Source: Lingula anatina
Lineage: Eukaryota > Animalia > Brachiopoda
Reading direction: 5' to 3'
Length of the DNA: 64,000 nucleotides
NCBI GenBank assembly: GCA_051362555.1
Contig: CM120648.1
Location: 14,690,587-14,754,586, forward strand
Made by a program: the position numbers and the translations under genes. The notes beneath the pieces are model-generated. The model saw only the letters and a program-made list of their open reading frames with translations. It made no database searches and was not told the DNA's origin. The stretch's first letter is position 1; each line of letters begins with the position of its first letter. Positions 27,801 to 39,509 of this stretch are shown here, in pieces.

Positions 27801-30800
27801 GATGAACTTCCATCTCTATAGTCTCTGTGCAAGTACCTGAGAGTCTGATGCCATCATGCTGATAGCTCCCATGTCATGTAAGATGTCTTCTGCTGCAATA
27901 GTCTCAGCGCGAATTCTGGATTCTGCAAAGGCCACATCTTCTTTCAAGTTTCTGAAAAAATTTGGACATCATGCTCTGTCAAAGCTTTTATTATGCTATA
28001 TGTAAAGCATTAGATATAGATTGTTTCTTTTACCTTATTCTGCATTAATAATAACAACAAAATAATGGATTATTTGAACTAAATAACTACTTAACATACA
28101 CCTTTACTTTTGTTTAATATGATGCTTATCAATTATTTAAATATCAAATCATATACAGCAATGGCACAGCCTCATAATGAAAGCCATTGTTGAGGATGAT
28201 AATAATGACATATCCACAGCAGGATGTTGATGTTCAGGGCCTCTTTACACAATAGAACTAAGTCAGAGAAGTTCAAAAACTGCTGGAGGCCTCTTGCCCA
28301 GACTTTTCACAATTTGATCTTAATGGACTACAACAGTTTCACCCTGGGCCATACGTATTACAGTTACTGTAATAACTATTTTTAAAAGCAACTTTCAACC
28401 AAGGTCTTTTCACAAAATATGGTCTCATAAATCACTTTGTGTTCTCAATGAAAATCTGGTAGGCATTCAGCAGCAGGTATTTACATGGAATAATCCCCAG
28501 TATACTCACGGATCTAAGTGATGGCACACCATCAACATATCCAAATGTTCATCCACAGTATTCTTGGTGAAAGGTCTTGTGGGATTGGTAGAGGATGGGA
28601 GAACATTGGCCTCTCCACACACCTTGATGATGTCAGGAGCATGGCCACCACCAGCGCCCTCTGTGTGATACGTGTGAATAGTTCTTCCTTTAAATGCTGC
28701 GATACTGTCCTCAACACAGGCAGACTCATTCAGGGTGTCAGTGTGGATCATCACCTAATAATATTATATATATATCATATATTTAATGCTGTGATACTGT
28801 CCTCTACACAGGCAGACTCATTCAGGGTGTCAGTGTGGATCATCACCTAATAATATTATATATATATCATATATTTAATGCTGTGATACTGTCCTCTACA
28901 CAGGCAGACTCATTCAGGGTGTCAGTGTGGATCATCACCTAATAATATTATATACATATCATATATTTAATGCTGTGATACTGTCCTCTACACAGGCAGA
29001 CTCATTCAGGGTGTCAGTGTGGATCATCACCTAATAATATTACCTCATTATAACTCTACATTTTGATTTAATTGCTTTCTAAATACACTCTACTTGATAA
29101 TTTTATTTTCACATCTTTCACTTTAAATCTTTTATTTTTCACATTTAAATTGTCTAACAGAAATCAATTTTAATGTAAATTAATTTATTTATTTATCTAT
29201 TTTAGCTGAACAAATTATCATTTTTATTAAAAAACAACCAATATTAAAGTATCTTATTATTATCATACTACTTTTGCCTTTATCACATTCTAAATCACTT
29301 CAGGTAAAGGTTTCCACATGTGGCCTGTGGACATGCCTCCTCCCTAAAAACACCTGGCATTTCACTCTTACCTGGACATCATATTTCTCTGCCACTTTCA
29401 GAGCAGTATCTATGGCAACTCCACTCTTACCTGAACATCATATTTCTCTGCCACATTCAGAGCTGTATCTATGACAACTCCATTCTTACCTGGACATCAT
29501 ATTTCTCTGCCACATTCAGAGCTGTATCTATGACAACTCCATTCTTACCTGGACATCATATTTCTCTGCCACATTCAGAGCTGTATCTATGACAACTCCA
29601 TTCTTACCTGGACATCATATTTCTCTGCCACATTCAGAGCTGTATCTATGAAAACTCCACTCTTACCTGGACATCATATTTCTCTGCCACTTTCAGAGCT
29701 GTATCTATGGCAGATGGTGTGGTTCCCCAGTCTTCGTGCAACTTAAGTCTGAAATAAAAATATTCCAGACACAAGATTTCACAATAAATGTATCCAGGGT
29801 ATTGTATTGCTGTTATCTTGAACTGCAAATAATGCAAAGAATGGATATTTCAGTTAAATATTTTATTTTTTGTGAAAATTGTCTTGCTGGTTACAAAATT
29901 AACATTTCTTTCAGCCATTAGCAAACCGCAGACTGCGTAAATTATGACAAAGGAAACACTGTAATTTCATTAATAACTTTAGGAGTGCCATAAAGCTAAA
30001 GGGGTTAACCCAGGAGGTATTCATCTACAGTAAGGTATTCATACCCAGTTCTACAGTGCAAAGCTATTAACAATAATAAATCACACATTTTTCCTACACA
30101 AAAATAGCACTAGTGATGTTTTCCTTATAGTTACTTTGCACAAACAGGCAAAGTTGACAAGTTGACTGCCTGTGATATTAACACGTCTATTAGTAATATG
30201 TGAACACAGAGTTATGACATCACCATTCTACCACATACCCTATAGCACCTGCTCGTATCTGTTCAGCCAGCTCCTCCACATTCTCCTCACTGTTGGAGGT
30301 GTTGCCCTTGCCAGTGAAGCCAAAGTTCAGTGGGAAGGCATCTGTGCTCTGGATCATATACCTAGGATAAAATGGAGAGGCTGAACCAAATAATTTCAAT
30401 TATATCAATACTACATGTAGCTAGCAGCCATTATTGGTGATGTAATTCCTACCTATGGCTGACTATTAAATTTTATTTTTAAAAGATGGAAATCCACTTA
30501 TTATTATAAATGATAGAAAATATCACTTCAGAATTTTGAAAATGTTCATATTTTAGTGTTCATAAAATCAAGTTATGATGATTAATTTCAATAGCACAAT
30601 ATTCTTATTACACAGTTAAAAACAATTATTATATTGACTTTTTCTTACTTTTCTGCTTTTACATCTTTTAATATGAAATGTCCACTATATAGATGTAAAT
30701 AGAAGTAAACAGATTTTCCCCAAAAATTTCCTATCCTACTGCTATTATAGAAACGCCCTTCAAAAAGTCAATGCCTTCAAGAAATTGCCGCAAACCAGAA

Positions 30801-32219
30801 GTACATGCTTTTTTTGCTGTTTTTCCCAGCATGCCTATGTAAACACAAGTAAAATGAAGCATCTGATTCAAGTCTCAAACGCATGCTTGTCTACGATATC
30901 GATGTGTTCAGTTCACTTTGTTTACACTGACAAGTCAAGCTCAGAAATACATGTATTTTAACTTTTTACATTTTGATTCTTCTGCAATCTAATTATCTGC
31001 ATGGTTATTTTCTCAAAATTTGCATAGGCTACGAAATACTTCTCATTGGAAAATCACCCAGCAGCTTCTCAAATACAACTGAGTGACATTTCAATTTACT
31101 TCCGGTTTTTGTTGATATCTTGAAGGCATAAGCATTATGATTTGCAGCATATGTCTAAAGTGTTCTGTTTCAAAATCTATGCAACCCTTTGTATTGAAAT
31201 TTACAACACATATTGTTTAAATGATATCGCACTTTCTGTTAATTTCTTGAGGAGTGTGTCTAAATGTGCAAATTCTCTCTCTCTCTCTCATTTGCACACA
31301 CACATGTAAACACACACACACACACACACACACGTACACACACAAACACACACACATACTTGATGTGATTAGGCCCAGGACTACAAGTTGTGGCACATGA
31401 CCCAGAGGCTGGTCCTGTCCCGCCGCCAAACATGGTGGTCAGTCCTGAGGCTATGGCCTCTCTGGCCAGTTGTGGACATATGAAGTGGACGTGAGCATCC
31501 AGGCCACCTGCAGTAAGTATCAGCCCCTCTCCTGCAATAACCTCTGTCCCTACTCCAACTACCATGCCCTACAGAGATAATAACAGATTCTCAAATGTCT
31601 CACTTTATTCATTATTCTTCTTAAATACAATAATTATCAAGATCAGAAGAATAACAACATTGCTGCCCTGGAACAAACTCTGCATAACATTTTTCTTTTC
31701 CCCGTTAGGTTTATAAAAAGAAGGCCTCATGAAAGGCTGAGAGTCGTTCCAGATACAACCTTCCAGCAGTGTACAGAAGTGGGGTTGAAAATAGCAGAAA
31801 TGTTCATTAACACAGCAGAGACTGTTATTCAGTGAAAAGTCTGAAAACATGGCATGGGGTCCAGGAAGCCCTGTGCATCAATCTCAACAATGGTATTTCT
31901 GGTATATCTATTTTAAAAATCAGAAATCTGCTGATGATTGGAAAGATCTCATTACTGCACCAAGGATTACTCTGAGAGGCAAATTACGTAGTTTGGAATT
32001 GAAATTAATTGTCTGAGACACAAGTCTAGTTACTTTTCAGACACAACTTGTACATATCATTTAAACAGGGCTTGGTCTAAAGGAAAAACTGTCCATAGTG
32101 TCTGGTAGGACTTTGGAATTGTCAACTACTTACTGGTGTCACTCCATCCATGATATCTGGGTTACCTGCCTTCCCTATGCCAGCTATCATACCACCCTAG
32201 AACAAAACATTGTACTGGG

Positions 32220-32277
<58 letters not shown>

Positions 32278-35200
32278 GGGTTACCTGCCTTCCCTATGCC
32301 AGCCATCCTAGAACAAAACATTGTACTCATATATATGTGTGTGTGTGTGTGTCAGGGTAAATCAAGTAAATCAGTAATAAAATACAGCTCAAAATTTCCA
32401 AAATCTGATGATCGTACTAAAAAATTAACATTAACCTTAATGCCGACATCAGCTTTCACAATCCCCACGATGGCGTCCACAATGAGGGCGTTGGTAATGA
32501 CAGTGTCCAGGGCGTGGTCATTGGTCACCCTGGCCGCCTGACCCATCCCCTCTCTGATCACCTTGCCACCACCAAATTTCAACTCATCCCCATAACTTGT
32601 GAAATCTCGCTCAACTTCTACAATTAGGCTAGTGTCCCCTAAGCGAACCTTTAAAAAGTTTTTTGAATAAAAGTCAAAATCAAGTATTTAACGCACAAAG
32701 CAATCAATAATCCATTTACTGTTTAATTAATATGAAAAAATACATGTTAAAATTAATAGAAACCTGAGATTATTATTAATCTTACGACTAATCATCTGAA
32801 AATCTGTATGACATATTTTAAATTCCTTAAAAAAGAGATTTACATAACTTTCATTTAATAAATATCTGTCATTTTAATGATCACTTCAAAAAACATAACC
32901 CCTTACCTTGTCCCCGCGAGTTGGGCCATATATGGCAGTGTAGAGTTGCCTTGGAATGGAAACTGGGGAACCTTCTGCAGGGGGCACCTTGCTTTTCTTG
33001 GCACTTGGCTACAATGAATGACTTATTTTAATACATGGTATCATCTTAAAGGTCTTATTGAAATGTGCAGAAATGAAACATATCATAAACTTGATGCTTT
33101 GTATCATGTATAGAGAACATGAAGATCAATTAAACCTTTATTAGCATTTAAGGTGAACAGAAAATAAAAAAAGAAAAATAATACAAAAGTAAATCCCCAT
33201 TAAAAACATAGCTCATCAACCCAAAATAAAGAAACATCTGGAGAATCTGTCCCTATGATTCTAGTCAATCAGAGTTTGCAGGATGAACACCACTTGTAGC
33301 AGAGAAATGGTGACAAATCGAGATGGAAAAAGATGCTGCATTCTTTTTTACACAACTGATCTAGAAAATCTATTATTTGATATTCATTTTCTCAACTGAC
33401 TTGTGTAAGATATGCCTTGGTGTTCATCTCATAGTACACAGTTTCTGGGGAAATTCTTTATTTTTTATTTATTTTTTAATTTTTTGGTACATAACTGCCT
33501 TATATATCCAAATAAAGAGGACGCAAAGGATCACATTTTATTTTCAACTTCACATGAAAACACACCTCCCCTATGAACTGCACAGCTTATATGACAAGCA
33601 AGTTTCTTTACCTTCCATATTAGCATTTCTGACTCACCTGATCTACATGATTAAATCCTTGTGAGTGAACTCTCTTCATCACCTCTGGTAAGTTCTCTGG
33701 CTCCACAAGACCACTGCCTAAACCATTACCTCCTCTCACTACCCTGATATAGAGAAAACATACAGTATTACCACACACTAACTTATTGTTACATATGAAT
33801 TCATAGTGAGATTTAAATCTGATGATGGTTAATTTGAAAGCTCACACATGGAGGAAATCATTTTTAATGCATTCAGATTCGCACATCCTACTAGCTGGGT
33901 CAGTCCAACTCCGCAGTGGATTCTCGCTCAAGTGCAATCAGTGAAATCAGCTTAATTGTCTGACACACACACTTGAACAGCATAGGTGATTAACTATTGT
34001 GTGCTGATTAAGCGGATTCCACTGACTGCACTTTAGCAAGAATCCCCTGCAGAGTAAGACCGACCCAGCTAGTATGATGTATGAATCTGAATGGGCCCTT
34101 AGTCATGCATGCATTCATGCTATAAGCAATGTAATGGTTATTTTTTATCAGTACATTTTGGTAATAAACAAAATAATGCTATATAAATTGTTATTTGTTC
34201 TTTTCTTGGTTGGACTGGAGCTGTGAACTGGACACCTGAGAGAAGTTTATGCACAACTTGACCCTGGTTTAAGATCAGATTTTCTTCAAGTCCTCCCTGT
34301 GAATGAAGTGGTCATCTGTTCACTCAATTTACTCACCTGTTTCCAGCAATTTCTACCAGGCAGACATCTTTACTTTCCCCTGGTTCAAACCTTATGGCAG
34401 TGCCGGCTGCAATATTCTGAACAAAAAAAAAATGAAAATTCAACTTTAACAGTTGTCTTGTAGAAAAGCTCTGTTCTAACAACATGAGCATTAGAATTGC
34501 TGTCATTTTTACAACTTAATGGAGTCAGTGTGAGGTCACCACTGAGATAATATCCAATACAGGTTATTTGTTCTTACATTATTAACTGAAGGGTTCATTG
34601 TTCTAGGTAAAATGTTGACCCAAAGGTACAGTGCAACTGTGACAGCAGAAAATGGAGGTACTGCCAATGAAAGGGACCAGCATCATCATTTTCAAGGCAA
34701 GAGAGGGGCACCTGTGTACAAAGCATATTCTCAGTATTACATGTATAATTTATTGATCAGCAGGACTGTGTAATAAGGTCTGTGTAGGTTTGTGTGCTTC
34801 TTGATTGGGTTTTACTTTTTGTTGTAAATGCTGCCTCACATGCACAGAAATAAATACTATATGTACTACTAGTAACTGACCAGTCTCATTCCGTATGCAG
34901 CCTCCCTATCAAAGCGCAGGTACTTGCTGGCCTCCAGAAAGTGGTAATGGCTGCCAATCTGAAAGTATACACACAATGTGACATTTCTATAAGTAGAAGC
35001 TGAAAAAATGAAAACTTTGCAAAAATCTAGTTGTGTTTTTGAACCCCTCAACTACCTGAGAGTTATAAACCCTTGTCCTCTCACCTGTATTGGTCTATCA
35101 CACAAGCTGGTCACGGTCAGCGAGGTCTGTCTGCGGCCAGAGTTAATGACCACAGCCTCACTTTCAGCCAGAACTTCCCCTGGAATCACTGTCATGGGCG

Positions 35201-38200
35201 CATCAGTCTTTGTATTGACAACCTACAAGATTGTAAACAGTCATTGTCTTATGTCTGTCTGTATATAAGACTGGGCTCCCACAGATTTAGATCGATCCAT
35301 CTGGATCAACCTAACTCCCTTCCGCTAAATTGCTGTCAGCTTCCCGGAGCCAAGCGTGCACAAAAGTTAATTACCCCCTTACAGCTTTAAGTAGACGGGA
35401 CAGACATTTAAGCTGGTTAAGCTGACAGCAATCTAGTGAGACTGCCCAGGAGGATAGATCAATCTAAATATCTGTGGGAATGGTCTCTAAGTTAACAAGG
35501 CATAGAGGTTTTACTTTAGAAATAAGCACAGTGAATAAAATCAACTAAAAACAGCCTGCCTCAGTCCAAAAAGAAGCCAACCTAAATGAAGTTCCTTCTG
35601 TCTTTGTATTTGCCCAGCATCAGGTTCTTATCTTCCCTTAAGGGGCCTGCACACAGTGAGCATTTGGCACGGGCCACTTGCGCTGCGCCATTTTCTCATC
35701 ATGTGCGGGGGTATTTTGATGAGATTTTTGCCTCTTGCGCGGCTGAGCAAAATATCTCATGTGTTTGAAATTTTTGGTCTCTTGAGGCAAATGTCTCAGC
35801 GTGTGCGGGTGCAAGCACCGATTGCTCACGCCATGCCAACAATGCGCATGTGCCGGTAGCCGGAAACAAAGAAAAATGGCAGCCTCCAGCAACAAGTAAA
35901 CAAAAATGTACACAGTTATAGTTAGTCTGATTGATTAATGTGGTCACCATTTGCCATTACTTTCAGAAAAAAAATTAATATGTAATGTTTCCTTAATCAC
36001 ATGATCCCACAGTTCGCGGTGCGTCTGATAGGGGCAGGCCGGGAGGCATCTCTGCTGAGCAAAGAGCGCATCGTTTGCGGGGAGCTGAGGAGCGCGAGCA
36101 TCTGGCGCAGCGCAAGTGGCGCGCGCCAATTGCTCACCATGTACAGGGTGCTTTAGAAACCTAGTTGGTTCATTGGGACCTTATATCCAGGAGTCTGTTC
36201 AACTCAATTTAAAGCAACCAAACTAATGTTCAGACAAATCACACCTCATCTTCTTGTGTGGTAAACTTGTCCAGGCTGGGCACTGGTAGAAAGCTGCCGT
36301 ACAGAGCCAGCTCAAGGTCACCATCCTGTCTGCAGATTGGGGCATGGATTGTAATCTGAAGAGATAAAAATAAACCACATCACAAACAGTTGGTATAATT
36401 CCAACCACTGGTGAAGCATAATATTCATTTTACAGTATTAGCACACCACTAGTTACACAAAAATATAATTACTAAGATATTTAAAACAGTAACAAGCAAT
36501 AATTACAATCAAATTGAACCAAATAAAATGTTTTTTATCGTACCAGTTTAGTTCCATCAGGGAAGGTGGCCTCTACCTGGACCTGGGAGATCATACCTGG
36601 TACACCTGGCTGAAGTTGACGAACTCCTGAAATATCATATGAAATCAATGTAAAAGAGGTCTGAAAGTCCAGACCTAAACACATCAACTTAATTTTATAT
36701 GTTTAAAATAATGTCATTAGCATCATGATTAAATTAAACACTGCTTCCACGTGTATAGAAAAGATATAGAATGCTTGTTCTCTTGTCTTTTTCCAGACTT
36801 CTTGTATTTAAACATTTCACATTTTATTTTCAAAACTGGTTACAAAATGAGGTGCAGTTTTTCCTGCCAGTGCTGGGGTAGGCTCAGGGTCTTGTTAATA
36901 ATATCCTGCTCTACAGAATTCTACTTACACAGGGCAAAATTTTTGCAACAACTTTGAAGCAGAAATTTAAATATAAGCACTAGAAATGCTGTTTGTGAAT
37001 GGTCCAGACATCTTACATCATAAAATATTGCCTCTTAGTAGACCTGGCCCAGTTTTACCTGTACCATAAATCATTCTTTAGTCAGTCTTCTTTAAATAAA
37101 TCAATGTCTTCAAATTAATTTAGTGAAGCCTACTGAATAACAAGTGGTCATATTTTCATAAACTTCACTTCAAATCGGCATAATCTTTCAGGTTAACAAA
37201 AGTAGCATTTCAATGCATATTTAGGAAATATGTAAAATTAGTTTCTATGTCATATACTACATATAAGCTTTCAATAAGCTTTCAATTTTATTGCTACATG
37301 TAGCTCTAAATATTTTGAAAAGACTGTCAATGTGATTTACTTTTTATAGCGATGAAACTTTTTTGCATTAAAACAAAAAGTAGGCATATTTAACAACAAA
37401 AGTATCAATTTGATTAGTGAAATTTCTAATGTTTAGATTTCAAATACATATATAACATGTGGGGCTTTAATTTACACAGTCATACTGAATTATAACACAA
37501 TTCTAGGCTTACTGTTTTGAGAACTCTATATAAATCTTACCTTAGTCAAGTTATATTCAAAATGCCTGATAAACTAAGGCTTCGTTCACATGGAATGTCT
37601 ATTTTCTAAAAATCTATTTTCTATTCGCACTATCTTATGATCACGGTCTGTGCCCCGAATATCCCGCCGCGTAATTACTGGCAGCGCGAGCCAGTTACTT
37701 ACAGTAACTTATAGTAACTGGCTCGCGCTGCCAGTAATTACGCCGCGGGATATTCAGGGCACAGACCGTGATCATAAGACATACCGCAAATAGAAAATAG
37801 AATTTAGAAAATAGACATTGCATGTGAATGAAGCCTTATTCAGTAACATCTGATATTTTTTCTGTGTCCCATGTTCTCAAGATTTATCATTTTTCATTTA
37901 ATCAACTTGCCTTTCGCCAACTTCTTGATATTGTTTAGGAAATGACAAGACTTTACTCTGGGACATTCAAGTAATTAACCACAATAATCTAATCACATAC
38001 TCCATGGCATACCCTACCCAGCATCTCTCTTCCTCGGCTCATCAGCTCAGCCACAGAATGTGTCCCATCACGCACCAGTTCCTGAGTCTGAAACAGAGCC
38101 AATCGCAGCTTTATCACAGTCAATGGTCTGAGCTGCCTAGGTACTACATGGTGCAACTGATTACAATAAACAACCATTTTATATTAAATCACTGAAATCT

Positions 38201-39004
38201 ACAATATGCTTGATATTTATACAAACCTATTTTAGACATTATGTAAATAACAAAGAACTGTGCTGGGAGGAGACATGCAGAGATTAACACACCTCCCCAT
38301 AGGTCATCCCTGCAGAAGTACAGTAATTAAATCACCGCTCCAATCGACCAGATGCATAGGGAGATGTGTGAGAGGTGGAAAGACCATTACAGGATTAAGG
38401 GGTCTTCCTTTCATTTTGGGTCCCCCATATTTGAGCCTTGGACCAGATGATACTCGGATCTTCTATTCTAAATGGCCCCTTGAACATTGAAACTGGCTTG
38501 CCCCCCCCCCCCCCCCCAAACACCACATAGCGGCCAGCACACCACATACAGCTTCACTCCTCGCTCGAACATATGCCCCACTCGTTATATATTAATACCA
38601 CGCTTCAGTGAAGTGATAACCCCAGCCATGTCATGTGGACAGAATGCTGACCTACTTGGTTCACCCAGCCCAAGCACATGCAGGGACTAATTGGGGATAG
38701 CACCAAACCCATACACAGCGTTCATATCAAAACTGACAATGGAAGCGCTGACACAATCATGTCGTACTAACCTCTCACACTTAGTGTTAGGGCGTCCTCT
38801 CTCTCTTGATATTTATTTTTTTATCAATAGGCCTATATATGGGATATGTTACATGTGCTTCTGTGCAGTTAAATTTACCTGGCTAGCTATAAGCGCCACA
38901 GCCTCCGAATAATTCAACCGAACTCCTCGTGCAAGACGCTTCTGGGCTAAAGCCCCTACTTGATGGACCAAAAGACCTTCCAACTCCCTGGGAGAAAGCT
39001 TCAT
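24893..39004 (-). CDS. URE: Urease, eukaryotic single-chain gamma-beta-alpha type, 21 coding exons, 859 aa
   Basis: Exons 5'->3': 39004-38879, 38087-38018, 36626-36544, 36355-36245, 35222-35085, 34958-34881, 34416-34337, 33743-33638, 33008-32907, 32648-32436, 32196-32134, 31568-31360, 30361-30239, 29748-29667, 28754-28510, 27951-27837, 27288-27100, 26713-26614, 26178-26072, 25596-25473, 25008-24893. All introns GT-AG; sum 2580 nt in one open frame. Gamma: MKLSPRE...[29 protein letters not shown]. Beta: [24 protein letters not shown]. Alpha Ni site: [47 protein letters not shown]-terminus LAQRYFIF. Confidence 0.97.
28694..29041 (-). repeat. 92-bp x~4 tandem array containing the urease exon 15 acceptor and 5' end
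   Basis: TATTAG|GTGATGATCCACACTGAC copies with exon-side starts at 29030, 28938, 28846, 28754. Confidence 0.92.
29364..29712 (-). repeat. 59-bp x6 tandem array containing the urease exon 14 3' end and donor site
   Basis: CAG|GTAAGA junction copies with exon-side ends at 29667, 29608, 29549, 29490, 29431, 29372. Confidence 0.92.
30771..31129. mobile_element. MITE in urease intron 12
   Basis: ATGCCTTCAAGA...AAACCAGAAGTA / TACTTCCGGTTT...TCTTGAAGGCAT inverted termini. Confidence 0.55.
33870..34093. mobile_element. Fold-back MITE in urease intron 7
   Basis: CATTCAGATTC...TACTAGCTGGGTC / GACCCAGCTAGTA...GAATCTGAATG, imperfect arms of ~85 bp. Confidence 0.68.
35277..35486. mobile_element. MITE family A, copy 2 (urease intron 4)
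   Basis: Same TIR and core as 13012-13217. Confidence 0.7.
35638..36156. mobile_element. GC-rich TIR element in urease intron 4
   Basis: GTGAGCATTTGGCACGGGCCACTTGCGCTGCGCCA / TGGCGCAGCGCAAGTGGCGCGCGCCAATTGCTCAC inverted arms with TTA(A) at the flanks. Confidence 0.65.
37575..37838. mobile_element. Near-perfect ~260-bp fold-back MITE (Tourist/Harbinger-like) in urease intron 2
   Basis: TAAGGCTTCGTTCACATG...CATGTGAATGAAGCCTTA, with arms complementary almost to the centre (GTAATTACTGGCAGCGCGAGCCAGTTACT / AGTAACTGGCTCGCGCTGCCAGTAATTAC). Confidence 0.8.
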
Positions 39005-39509
39005 CTTCGCTGGAGCAAGGAGTTTCAACAAACTCCTTGGCTGGAGTTTACTATTTGCGTCGTGGTTTACAGACACATGTTAAAGTTGAAACGTCAAGCT
39101 CATGTCCTCTATAATATAAGGGGAGACAGGTTGGAAAACACTTTCTGTTGCCACTTCTACTGACATCTGACATACAATGAGGCAGTCGAAATGATTTTGT
39201 GCAATACGTGTTGTTTGTGAAATGCACTCGTTTTCTTTCTGTCTTTTCTTTTTCATGCACACAAATAATATCAGTCGATCACCTCTCCCCCGATAAGATG
39301 AATTTGTCCGCACAAGGTCAACCAGGGTCAGACTGCTACGTAATGATGTTGGTTTAATAATATAGACCTAGATAAGTCTGCAGTCCTCGCCGTCAGTGTA
39401 CGCAGTGTTCAACTTAATCAGTGCGTGGCAAGACGGCATGGACTCTGCTGACAACGGCGCCTGCAATTTCTTGAGAGGTACGACAGCATCTGTTGGTTAT
39501 ATGATAACA
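39005..39509. promoter_or_regulatory. Putative bidirectional promoter shared by urease and ureG
   Basis: Only 505 bp separate the divergent ATGs, so both 5' UTRs and promoters probably lie here (transcription starts not known). Contains AGGTCA-acca-GGGTCA (39315-39330), two TGCRCNC cores (39223, 39256) and AGATAA (39370). Confidence 0.75.

Noticed and set aside
28694-29712. CRISPR-like appearance of regular repeats
   Set aside because: Units are contiguous with no unique spacers, derive from urease exon ends, and the context is eukaryotic.
4361-39004. Functional link between an mXR-like (canavanine-responsive in fly) receptor and urease
   Set aside because: Only proximity supports it; an unrelated gene intervenes and the receptor's ligand is unknown.
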